A DNA stretch of 64,000 nt from Octopus sinensis (GCF_006345805.1 NC_043003.1:82522001-82586000), one strand, 5' to 3'. Positions 39,796 to 51,856 are shown, counted from the stretch's first letter. Notes: generated by a model not told the origin, from the sequence alone. A program made the numbers and translations.

Positions 39796-40414
39796 TCTTT
39801 TCCGCTCTAGCGACAAGGCCCGAAATTTTGGGGGAGGGGGGCCAGTCTATTAGATCGACTCCAGTATGCAACTGGTACCTAATTTTTTTTTTGATCCCGA
39901 AATGATGAAAGGCAAAGTCGACCTCGGCGAAATTTGAACTCAGAACATAAAGAGAGACGAAATATCGCTAAGCATTTCGCCCGGCGTGCTAAAGTTTCTT
40001 ATTCTTTTATTGTCCACAAGCGTCTAAACGTAGGACAAACACGGACAGACAAAGGGATTAAGTCGGTTACATAGATTCCAGTGCGTAGCTGGTACTTAAA
40101 TTATCGACCCCCAGAGGATGAAATGCAAATTCGACATCGGCGGAATTTGAACTCAGAACGTAACAGTAGATGAAATACCTATTTCTTTATTGCCCACGAG
40201 TGACTAAACATAGAGGGGACAAACAATGACAGACAAAGGGGTTGAGTCGATTAAATCGACACCAGTACGTAACTGGTACTTAATTTATCGACCCCGAAAG
40301 GATGAAAGGCAAAGTCGACCTCGGCGGAATTTGAATTCAGAACGTAGCGGCAGACGAAATACTGCTAAGCATTTCGTCCGGCGTGCTAACGTTTCTTCCA
40401 GCTCGCCACCTTCA
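39796..40414 (-). mobile_element. SINE family B trimer with 15-bp target-site duplication
   Basis: Three head-to-tail units; AATGGGTTCAATATT at 39781-39795 and 40415-40429. Confidence 0.9.
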
Positions 40415-42159
40415 AATGGGTTCAATATTAAGACGTTAGAGTACGGTAGCAGGAATATTTTACTTCTGTCGGTGCAAATTACTTAATAAGGGTTTAAATG
40501 GATCTGTATCATGGTTCTGTTACAGATTATAAACTGTGTTACATACTGATATCATTTGCTAACATAAGTGGGATAACATGTATAAAACCCAATAATAAAT
40601 ATGGCTTACGGTGATTGGTTACCGCACTTTAAATTCGAGACTATTGCAATTACCTAACGAGCAAATAGGTAGATTCCACCCTATCGATCCCTCGCTAATA
40701 TACAGACGGTAATTTGTTAATGGCAAAACTCAACATGTTCTACCCTTTTGCGCGCATTGCTAAGACCATACTTGATCAACGCTATCAGACTGGCAACAAA
40801 CTAGTGTTTGCTATAGATGACATGAATATGTATATGGCTGCTATGCCTCCTACGAACAGCTTCAAAATTCTCGTGAAGTTTTACCATAGTATTTCATAAG
40901 ATAATACTACACTGGATTATGAAATTCGTGATACACCTTTTGGAAATGGCATTGATTATATCATGGCTCATAAAAATTGTGTGGAAAATACAACAATGAC
41001 TTTTGATAATCATTGTGCTTTTAATATACTTTCTTCATTGAACAGTATTCTTTTATTCCCATGAAAACTGATGCATAAAAGATGCTTAATATGTTCCAGA
41101 GTGGGTTCTCGCAATCATTGTATATATTTATAACGTAAGACTGGTCTGATATATAGCGGGACTTATCTGATAGTGATGTAGAAAAGATTACGTACACTGT
41201 CACTTTCGGAAGATAAAGTGATAATGATAATGTATAATACGGAAGATCTCTAGAAACTAATACATCTATACTTAGTTACATACAATAATATCATGTAATT
41301 ATGACATGAGTACGAAGTGATACAGATAAAAGCTGCCAACAACTCTGATTTATTGGTGGTGTTCTTTTTTTTTTTAGCAAGGATACTGATTGAATTTCTG
41401 TATCAGAGAGGAGCGTGTTGATTAATATCTCATTGTCATTGTTGAAAACAATTTGCTTAGAATCCAATTATGAAAATATTAACAGAAGCTACTGACACAT
41501 AATTAAGAAACATAAAAAAATGTCCAAGCTAGATACACCAGGTGAATCTCCATAAACTGGCATCTTGATTCAGTAAAATGTAATATAACATTGTATAATG
41601 AAATTGTATAGACGCACAAACGCTTACATGCATACGCGCGCACACACACACACACAAATACGTACATAAATTGACACTCGTATTCACACACACTCATACA
41701 TACATACATGTCATATATCTGATTATAATACAGAAATTTCTCGGTAACTATACCTGAAGTGCTGCAAAATAGTATCTACGAAGGAAAAAAACAATAGCGC
41801 AGATGCCAACAACTGTATCAATGATAATGACAATTACATCAATTGTGGAAATAATAGCAAATTTTATGATTAAAATCTGCAAAGGTTTTTACGGAGAATA
41901 TGGATATGAAATTCTGTTTGACTCGTCTTCAATATTCGCTCACAGAAAGAAAGAATTTTAGCAATGTGTAATTTTATCTATCATCATAAGATATAACGAT
42001 CCGTTCTAGTTGACTTATCCTAGCATCTGCCACGACAAGAAATTGGCGAAAATTCGAAGTTACTGACAATAATACACGTATAATTTGTGAGAAAGACAGG
42101 AATGCGAAGTGTACACCCACCCAGCCACACACATATACATATATATATATCATACATTT

Positions 42160-42322
42160 ATTACGTTCTGAGTTCAAATTCCGCTGAGGTTAACTTTGCT
42201 TTCATCCTTTCGGGGTCGATTAAATAAGTACCAGTTGCGCACTGGGGTGGATGTAATCGACTTAATCCCTTTGTCTGTCCTTGTTTGTCCCTTCTATGTT
42301 TAGCCACTTGTGGGCAATGAAG

Positions 42323-42325
<3 letters not shown>
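42160..42325 (+). mobile_element. SINE family B, 5'-truncated monomer
   Basis: ttacgttctgagttcaaattccgc...ggggtcgattaaataagtaccag...gtgggcaatgaagaaat. Confidence 0.8.
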
Positions 42326-42363
<38 letters not shown>

Positions 42364-42444
42364 AAATAAAACATATGCATATATACATACATATATGTAC
42401 TACCTACATCTATATGTATATATACATGCATATATAGGTACAGG

Positions 42445-42590
42445 ACACAAAAAAAAAACGTCGAACACATGAGAAACGAAAACATAAAAACATAACTTTT
42501 TTTTAAACAACGAAAAAACAGGGTACAAGACATACGACACAAAGAAAATTCCCCTTCTTCAGCCGCCTCCGTTTCGTCTACTCCGCGTTT
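42445..42590 (-). repeat. Third copy (3' part) of repeat X
   Basis: Reverse complement gagtagacgaaacggaggcggctgaagaagggg...ttctttgtgt...gtcctgtacc resembles 14190-14335. Confidence 0.55.
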
Positions 42591-42942
42591 ACACACCAAT
42601 GAACGGTGCTGAGTTGTCAAACATTTAAACCAAATTTTCTCAAAATAACTTGTCCGACCGTCCCACATGCCTCCTCTTTGAGAAACACTGATTTAACCTA
42701 AATTTGAGGCACCAGCAAAAGAAGAAATAAAAATAGACTTTTATCCTATTCCAAAGAAAAACGACTTTATTCACTTTGTCGATCACATTCTCACCGGGAA
42801 TCGATTTTAAAATTTTTTTTCAAGACTTATACACGCTCTGATACTGTCGGTATCTACATATCAAATTTGAGTGGAAGACGCACAGAGACAGACAGACAGA
42901 CAGGACGGATTTTATATAATACACAGACACACACACATATAT

Positions 42943-43478
42943 GGTGGCTGCCCCCTCGTTATCGAGTATGGTCATTGCACGAAGCTTAATCAATGTTGTT
43001 ATCGTGCAATTCCTGTGCAAGAAGATTCTTTTTAAAGTGAGGAAAGGCTGTGCACTGAGTCAATCTCACTCACTAAGCAACAGCAGCCATAATCCGAAAA
43101 GAAGAACAAGTTAACATCATCGGTAACTACTGAGCCGCAGGTTTTATGTCGGAGTTATCCCAATTACCTGAGTTACCTTCTCCTAGAAGGATGTGCTAAC
43201 AAAGGCTAGGAGTCCTTCACTCCAATGGTTTAACCGCGTGATCGGGTATTCAGTCCGATTATTTTTATGTCCTCACGCATGATACAGCCTTAAGGCATTT
43301 ATTGGATGGCCGTTGACTCTCAAGAGTTCCTTCACCCTTTGACGGGTTTTGTTTTTCATCCTGCGGGGTGTCCAATAAACAAGCTTGGTGGGGTTGCCGT
43401 TTTAGTCACCGACGACCCGATCATGCAACAGGTTGTACTGGGTTACATGTTACCTGTAGCACTCGAAAGTGACCTGAA
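42943..43478 (-). mobile_element. Non-autonomous RTE derivative (5' UTR + start of endonuclease fused to the 3' end)
   Basis: 3' ~45 nt nearly identical to 15110-15150; LAQELHDNNID (APE start) immediately before it; acacatatat flanks both ends (42933-42, 43479-88). Confidence 0.75.
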
Positions 43479-43492
43479 ACACATATATACAC

Positions 43493-43537
<45 letters not shown>

Positions 43538-43538
43538 A

Positions 43539-43576
<38 letters not shown>

Positions 43577-44173
43577 ATTTACTCAGTAGGGAAACTGAGC
43601 TGCGTGAACATATTAGGAGTTGCGCTACATTGGTTTACCCGTTAGTGTAGAGCGGGTAGGTTATTAATAAACATTTCATAGCGAAAAAGGTTGTACTATA
43701 ACTGCGTGCAGATGTAAGAAATGTGTATTAAGCAGCAGTGGATTCATGAGCAGTAGAAGAAGTGTAATTGGCATTAAATATTTTGCAGCACGGTAGCAAA
43801 ATTTGTAAAGGCAATCAAACTGAAGTTAGTATCATATAGATAATTTCCCATGCCTGTCATGCTACGGTATGTAGTAAATTAGAAAAATGGTTCTCCGGTC
43901 AATAATATCGCAGAATGAATTTCATATAGATTTAATTGTTAAATTAGATTTCACTATACACATATATATATATATATATGTAATTATATAAAATTTAGAT
44001 TCAAATGAATATGTTACTTAAGTTCAGGCACCAGAATTTAGTATGGTATTATCCATACAATTTAAAATAAGGTGATTAAAATCAAAATAAGCAACAATGA
44101 TATCCAGAGGTAATGCAGTATGATCATGCTGCATTATATATATATATATATATATATAAATATATGTGTGTGT

Positions 44174-44204
<31 letters not shown>

Positions 44205-44529
44205 AGTGTGTGTGTGTGTGTATGTATGCATGTATGTATATATATAGCCTTGTTTGCAGGACAGAGAGAGAGAGAATGAGAAAAGAAAGAGAATATTTTT
44301 GGGTGTACGTGCGTTTGTATACATGATTTTATACACGCGAGTATGTTTGTGTTTGTCTCAGTGTGTTTCTATTGATTTGTCAATATCACCAGAAATCGAT
44401 AAATTATGAAGCTCAATATATCAATGTAGAGCATAATTGAATTAATATTTTCAGGATAGCTCAAAAATATCATAACTCAGATTTTCACACCATTAATTCG
44501 TGGTGGATATCACGATCACTACTTATATT

Positions 44530-44790
44530 CTTTTCTCGATGTTTTAGGCACTGAGCAATCCCTCACTTTACACTGTATGGATATTGGGAATTGAAGTTAA
44601 GGTATCGTCCAGTGAAGGTGGGCTTTGCGGTATACGGATGACCTGAATCCATACTTGGCGCGTGTTATTAATACGTCCAGGAATGCTAGCTGATTGTCTT
44701 TGATAACAAACAAAACGAGAATGCAAATAATGATTATTATAACTGTTCAATAGTTGGTAGAGTGAGGCAAATTTCTACCGTATCATCTGC
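44530..44790 (-). mobile_element. Penelope-like element reverse transcriptase fragment
   Basis: ADDT...DNQLAFLDVLITR...SSVYRK-TFTGRYLNFNSQYPYSVK*GIAQCL matches the PLE RT palm/thumb motif. Confidence 0.7.
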
Positions 44791-44794
44791 TACA

Positions 44795-45600
44795 CATCTG
44801 TGTTGCTAAAGTGTGTTCAGCGTTGTGTGTTCTTTACTGCTGTTGAGAGTGTACAAACTCCTCCCGGTACTGTATTGTGCTATTTTTGTTTTTATCTTGA
44901 GATGTGGTGTTGTCTTTCGTTTTGTTAGTGCTTGTATTGTGTGCTGAGTGTGTATAATGCTTTAGTATTTCTGACTTGCAGTTGGGAGTTTATTTTAATG
45001 TATCGTGTGTCTTGTATTTGTGGGTTGTTTTGTTTAGGTTTTATTATTTGATTGATAGTCTTCCCGTAGGATGTGGGCTGTTCTTTTCGTTTCGGCTTTT
45101 ACTCCAGAAATTTTGAGCCATTGTTGGCTCACTTCCTCTCTGTCAATCCTTGAAATGATTTTCCTCTCCATTTCTTCTTCAGTACCTTTTGTAATTCAGT
45201 CTTCATTTTGTTGTTGTTGTTATTTTTTTCTCTCTGACTATTCTGCTATGATGTCACCTGAGGTAAGTGTGTCAGTGTAGTTTGTTTCTGCTTTGCATTT
45301 TGTCAACCCTTGTGTACAGAGAAAGAGTTTTCTTTTTTCTCGTGTCGCTTTACTACGTGCAGTAATCTTCCACTCTTTGTTTCTAAGTATTTTACTAGTC
45401 CTGCTGTTATTTTATAGTAGTTTTCTATCTTTATCAGGCCACGGCCTCCTTCTGAGTGGGATAGATATATTCTGTCTGCGCCTGCTTTGGAGTGGTACGC
45501 TGTTAGTATTTTTCTGGTTTTCTATCTACGCTTCTGAATTCACTGATCTTCTAGTTTATTATATTAAAGCTGTAATTTATGACTAGTATGGCTAGCGTGT
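44795..45600 (-). mobile_element. R4/NeSL-type (RLE-clade) LINE 3' remnant with internal deletion
   Basis: KTRKILTAYHSKAGADRIYLSHSEGGRGLI; SQQWLKISGVKAET joined to TAHILR; A-rich sense strand. Confidence 0.65.
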
Positions 45601-46302
45601 TTCTCCCTATTATCTTATTTTTAACATTAAGTTCAGTATTTAATATTAATCTAACTCTTCTGTAATGCCCTCTCCTAATTTTTTTCTTTAATATTTCATA
45701 ACTAGTCCTGATCTAGTTATTAATTTTCTGCTGATATACAATGACTGAAGCGAGCCTTTGTCTGTTCCTAAATCGGTTTGTGTACACAGCTCACAAAGAG
45801 TGGCTAAACAAATCAGTTTTTAGTGAGACATACCGATGTTCCCACTCATACACATACATAGACTTAGTCACACGTGTCTGCGTATGTATATGTATGTATA
45901 ATATATTTGCATCAGTGGCGTGTGGTGACTTCCGGGGTTGGGCATGCAATGAATTTCTTTGCAATTTCTTTGTCAATTTTGAGTAAAAAATTTTTCGAAT
46001 TCCTACGATTTACATATGGGAGATTCTGAATATGCAATCACCCCCGTATGACCTAGAATAAAAAAAATACGTCGCCCTGGTACTATTTAAGTACGCCTCG
46101 GTACATGCAAATTTTGCATGTATGTGTATATATTTTCTTTTAACTGTCACTTGTGTCAGTCATTAGATACCGGCCATGCTGGGACATTGCCTTGAAGCAT
46201 TTTTAGTCGAATGAATCAACCTCAGAACTTATCATTTATTACGCTTCTTACTCAATTTATTGCTCTCGTTTGCCCATTATGTTGTATCTATTATCATATA
46301 GT

Positions 46303-46487
46303 AGGCGTAGGAGTGGCTGTGTGGTAAGGAGCTTGCTTACGAATCACATGGTTCCGGGTTCTGTCTCACTGCGTGGCACCTTGGGCAAGTGTCTTCTACT
46401 AGAGCCTCGGGCCGACCAAGACCTTGCAAGTGGATTTGATAGACGGAAACTGAAAGACGTTCTTCGTATATATGTATATATATGTAT

Positions 46488-46564
<77 letters not shown>

Positions 46565-46575
46565 CATATATATAT

Positions 46576-46645
<70 letters not shown>

Positions 46646-46860
46646 GTGTGTGTATATGTTTGCGTGTCTGTGTTTCTCCCCTCGACATCACTTGACAACC
46701 GATGCTGGTGTGTTTACGTCCCCATAACTTAGCGGTTGGGCAAAAGAGACTGATAGAATAAGTACAAGGCTTACAAAAGATAAGTCCTGGGGTCGATTTT
46801 CTCGACTAAAAGGCGGTGCTCCAGCTTGGCCACAGTCAAATGACTGAAACAAGTAGAAAA
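46303..46860 (+). mobile_element. SINE family A with ~190-bp internal (TA)n expansion
   Basis: aggcgtaggagtggctgtgtggtaag head; ggcaccttgggcaagtgtc CORE-like segment; tail gactgaaacaagtagaaaag. Confidence 0.9.
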
Positions 46861-47569
46861 GTATATAAACTTCAGTTACAACATAGTCGCACTACCAGCA
46901 TAAGCCTTCTACTATTACCATCTCCTTTATTCTAGAATTCTTCTTCCGATTACCTTTTCATATTCCTCTTAACCAGCACATCACCACATCCATATACTTG
47001 GAATTCCTTCCTGATTTACTAGCTTCTTCAACCAGAAAAACGTGGCACTACATACCACTGACTTTTCACCCAACCTATGCCTCCCTTTGTCCCTCTCTGT
47101 CAACCTCTCTCTGTTTACTGTCATACGTTTCTATATACTTCAGTTTTCTCCCTTCATTCATCAAATTCTCCCTTCGCTTCCATATAATACTCGCCTCCTT
47201 CCTGCTCTCAATATTCCAATTTCCCTTTCTCAGCTCTATAGCCCCACCTTCCCTAACTATTAACATCTGTTGTCAAACAAAACAACAACAACGACCACCC
47301 TTCACAATATCACCCATCCCACCTCTCCCACTCATCTCCCAACTCTCCAATTCTTCTGCTTTTCTCAATACCCTGATCACTCAACCCCTCTCTTATCCTG
47401 ATCTGATTCTCCTATCAGTTTTCCCCTTCTTTGCTTTAACACTCCACACATTCCCATCGAACTACCAAGTTTCTCCCTCCACTTAATTTTGCTTGCCTAC
47501 ATTTTCACCCTCTTTACCTTTAAATTTACCTTTATTATTTCAAATGGTTTTGTACTCTAAGTGAGTTTG

Positions 47570-47895
47570 CTCTTTTACTCTTTTACTTGTTTCAGTCATT
47601 TGATTGTGGCCATTCTGGAGCACCACCTTTAGTCGAGCAAATCTTCTATCGGATGTTTTGCTGAACCGCTAAGTTACGGGGACGTAAACATAACAGCATC
47701 GGTTGTCAAGTGATGTTGGGTGGGACAACCGCAGACACATAAACATATATACATATATATACGACGGGATTCTTTCAGTTTCCGTCTACCAAATCCACTC
47801 ACGAGGCTTTGGTCGGCCCGAGGCTATAGTAGAAGACTGAATCCGGAACTATGTGGTTCGTAAGCAAGCTACTAATCACACAGCCACTCCTACGC

Positions 47896-47896
<1 letters not shown>
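47570..47896 (-). mobile_element. SINE family A with small internal deletion
   Basis: Reverse complement of the 46303 copy, lacking the cttgcc...gggactga segment. Confidence 0.85.
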
Positions 47897-47937
<41 letters not shown>

Positions 47938-49094
47938 TATATATATATCAACATGAATAATCGTCGTCTGAATACTATCAGTTTTTGTTTTCTCTCCATT
48001 TACATGTATACATCCATGTATATTTTGTATATTCATCCCAAGCGGTTTAATTTTTTTAATTTTCAACTTTCTTTATCCCTCTCTCGCTCTCTCTCACACT
48101 CCCCCTATCTCTCTGTGTTATATACATATATATACGCTATCCATGCCAAGACTCTCCTGAAACATGCTTTGAAGGAACTTCTATGCACTTAAATCCTGTA
48201 CATTCAGTTTATAAATGAATATATAAACTCTGCTTTGCATACTATTATTTCCCCCTTCTCCCGTTTGCAAAACTTATGCGTAAATGAATGTATATATACA
48301 TGTGATATGAATATTAGGATATGCAATTTGTGCGTTTGTCTATGCTTTTTATCTATACTTTATTTGGTTTCCACGTTTGTTTAAGTGTAAGAATATTCAC
48401 AGCAGAAAACAAAAATGAATTCGTAAAATATCAATAGTCACTCAATTGATTTTGGAAGCGTTTACTCATATTAGCACGTTTATTTTCAATGTCCTTGTTT
48501 TATATATATTTTATTGCTGTACCTTGCATCCGCTCTGCAAGTGTTGTACTTGCTGTTATATTGAATAGGAGACAAAAGTTGCCCTGGACATCAACAGGAA
48601 TTGAAAGCGAAGAAATAAAATCATCGACTAAACGCTTTAAACTATTATTTACAATTCCTTGCACACGTGAACTATAAATCATCTGTTAACTGTAATATTT
48701 TATTGAAAAAGCCATATGAAATGGTCATAAAATTGAGACGTGGAGTCTTTTTAAGATATGTTAGACAGCTTTGAAGTAAACATGACCACACATGACTTTT
48801 ATTGAAAAAATCGTAGAATGTTAGTGAGAATGTCAATATTAATTACAGTGCTTAGTATGAAAATGATACAATTAGGCTGAAAATCCAGACCATGATCAAA
48901 AACAAGAGTAGCCACGGCTGCTGCAAAAAGCAATACGAAGCAAAGCAAAACAAAAACAAAACAAAACAAAAAAACAAAAAAACAAAAAAAAAAAAAAGTA
49001 ACATCAACAACACATTTGATCATAACAATATCAAGAAGAGCAATAATGACAATACCACCACCTCTACTGTTAATAACAATGCGGAAGAAAATCA

Positions 49095-49145
49095 GCAGAA
49101 GATAACGATGACGACGACGATGGTGATGATGATGATGGTGATGAC

Positions 49146-49179
<34 letters not shown>

Positions 49180-49288
49180 GTGATGATTGTGGTGGTGGTG
49201 GTGGTGGTGGTGGTGGTAGTAGTGATGATGGTGATGATGGTGGTGGTGGTGGTGGTGGTGGTGGTGGTGGTGGTGATGATGGTGATGA

Positions 49289-49326
<38 letters not shown>

Positions 49327-49445
49327 ATGATGGTGATGATGATGATGATGATGATGACGACGACGATTATGATGATGACGATGATGACGATGATGACGAT
49401 GATGATGATGATGATGAGGATAATGAAGACGATGATAATGATAAC
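49095..49445 (+). repeat. Compound (GAT)n/(GGT)n trinucleotide tract
   Basis: Direct inspection. Confidence 0.95.
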
Positions 49446-50164
49446 AATACATGGAATAATTATAGCCTAATAAGAATTAATTTCCCTCCTCATCTTTAGA
49501 CCTACCGCTATCTTCCCCCACCCCGCCACCATCTCTCTTCATAACTTTCACTTAACTAACTGAAGTAATTTGATTTTGTAGAATAAATCCATATATCAGG
49601 AGATGTCCGATTCTCAACGTCCATTATAGCGCGGCTGGGGAAACATTAACAGCGCTCTTCGCCCCAATGAAAAACATTAGAACGATCAGCGCGTGTGTTA
49701 ATCATAAATAAATGCAATTAGGATGTCCTAACGTGATTTGTTATAAAATTACATGATATAATGCAGCCATGTTACTGAGATCAAAAGGCCCCGTTCCTTT
49801 TTGTATGTTTTGATTCGACCAGTATAATAGATAAATAAGTAAATATGAAATTATGCGTTGAAATAGAGAAACGGAAGGATATAGCTATGATTGCTAAACA
49901 TAGCGTCTGTTTTAGCCGCAAAGAAGCCAATACAATTGATTGGTTGTATCAGTTAAGATACTACAGGTCAATCAATTGACGCATCTAGTTCTATCTCGGC
50001 GAATAAATTTCTACGTATGAATATTCTTCCTCATGAAATATGTATTATCGCTTCCGCAATTAACCATATCTGGCATGAAAATCCTGTATATTTAGAGTTA
50101 CTCCGAAACTTCAATGCTAAAGTATATTAAAATTGAAAGCTCTTTTGGCTCAAAACTTTGTAAT

Positions 50165-50166
50165 GG

Positions 50167-50236
<70 letters not shown>

Positions 50237-50241
50237 TGATG

Positions 50242-50302
<61 letters not shown>

Positions 50303-50339
50303 TGATAATAATAATAATGTTAATGATAATAATAATAAT

Positions 50340-50399
<60 letters not shown>

Positions 50400-50410
50400 T
50401 ATAATAACAA
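50165..50410 (+). repeat. (AAT)n tract with GAT/GTT interruptions
   Basis: Direct inspection. Confidence 0.95.
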
Positions 50411-50593
50411 TAATTTAGAGATTTTAATATGAATATTATTAAATATCTCTTGTTAGTGGTTTTGTTATACAGAACGTTGTTGATTTATTTGATATTGCTC
50501 AACTTTATAATTTCGTTTATTCTTCACTATTGAATACCCTCAATTTCAAAAATGGTGATGGTAGTGATGGTGGTGGCGGCGGCGGCGGCGGCG

Positions 50594-50642
<49 letters not shown>

Positions 50643-51204
50643 GTTCTGTTGTTGTTTTATTGCTTGCTATCTGTGAGAGTATTTCATTATAGTCTGTTTT
50701 AAACTTTATAGAAAATTGATTAACGCACAGTCAGATATTTTCCTGTGATTTGTTAAGCTGTTTATTTTTCAAAGTTTAACTGCTTCCTATTGGGTTCCGT
50801 CACTTCTAGTAAAAGATGTTACAATTTGCTGAAATGCATAATGATGTTGGTTTTAAGATTATAACTATTCAAATACATTGCTTGTTCTTGTTGCAATGTG
50901 TGGTTGCCTTATACTGATATCACTGCGAAAATTTCTAACATCTATCTCTATTGATGAAACGTTCGTTTTTATCTATATTTCCAAGCTTTCTGTATTATAA
51001 ACGGTAGGATTGAGACAGAATTGATTACATCTAGGAAGATATATTAACTGCTTTTCACTGCTTACTTTTATATGCTGCGCAGCTGCAAATTCTCAAGGTC
51101 AATTATATTAATCGAAATTTTGAAATAATTAGTGGTCACCCTGTAACTGTGCAGTTCTTTGTTTTTTTAGTTTTAAGAATAAATAATTTTTATATAAGTT
51201 GTGA

Positions 51205-51540
51205 CCAGGAGCATGGCTCAGTGGTTAGAGCACCGGGCCCCCAACCACGAGGTAGTAAGTTCGATTCCTGGACCGTGATGTGTGTTATGTTCTTGAACAA
51301 GACGCTATTTAACTTTGTTCCAGTTCCTTCAACTGTAGATATGAGCTGCGACGTCACTGGTGCCAAGCTATATCGGCCATCGCCTTTCTCTTGGATAACA
51401 TCGGCTGTGTAGAGAGAGGAGGCTAGCATGCCTGGGTGACTGCTGTCTGCCATAAACAACCTTACCCGCACTTGTGCCTTGGAAGATAGCTTTCTAGATG
51501 CAATCCCATGGTAATTTATGACCGAAGGGGGTCTTTACCT
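51205..51540 (+). mobile_element. SINE family C, tRNA-derived, with intact Pol III A and B boxes
   Basis: TGGCTCAGTGG at 51214 and GTTCGATTCC at 51259; followed by gttcttgaacaagac (CORE/V-like). Confidence 0.7.
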
Positions 51541-51614
51541 TATGGTAATCAAAATATTCCTATGAACATCAAAATATCACATGTAATATCGATTCTACTA
51601 TAGGCATCAGACCT

Positions 51615-51795
51615 TAAGTTATGGGGCTAGCCGATTTCATCGACCCCAGTATTGAACTGTTGCTTATTTTATCGAACTGAAAGGAGGAAAGGCAAAGTCG
51701 ACATCGGTGGCTTTTGATCTCAGGCTGTAAAGACGAGTGAAATGCCGCAAAGCATTTTGCCCAGCATGCTAACGATTGTGCCAGTCGCCACCTTC
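51615..51795 (-). mobile_element. SINE family B monomer
   Basis: atcgaccccagt...aaaggcaaagtcgac...gcatgctaacg...cgccaccttca. Confidence 0.75.
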
Positions 51796-51856
51796 ACATC
51801 TATCGCTCTCTCTGTTACCTATTGATCTATCTATCCATTTATTAATGAATATATAT

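Noticed and set aside
39796-40414. SINE-B tandem units as a CRISPR array or hammerhead retrozyme
   Set aside because: Units are ~190-bp repeats without unique spacers, there are no cas genes, and no CUGANGA...GAAA core was found on either strand.
41720-42100. Cys/Asn-containing peptides (NCIND..., CKGFYGE) suggestive of EGF-like repeats
   Set aside because: They need two frameshifts, and the Cys spacing does not complete an EGF motif.
43380-43478. HDV-like ribozyme at the 5' end of the RTE derivative
   Set aside because: A P1-like pairing (GGUCACU/GGUGACU) exists, but I could not place L3/P1.1 (CC-GG) or the J4/2 catalytic C; it needs a covariance-model search.
46998-47486. 162-aa ORF
   Set aside because: Pyrimidine-rich low-complexity sequence with no recognisable motif; the open frame is explained by base composition.
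51205-51280. True tRNA gene
   Set aside because: It has A and B boxes, but no acceptor-stem closure or T-run terminator, and it continues into a SINE body.
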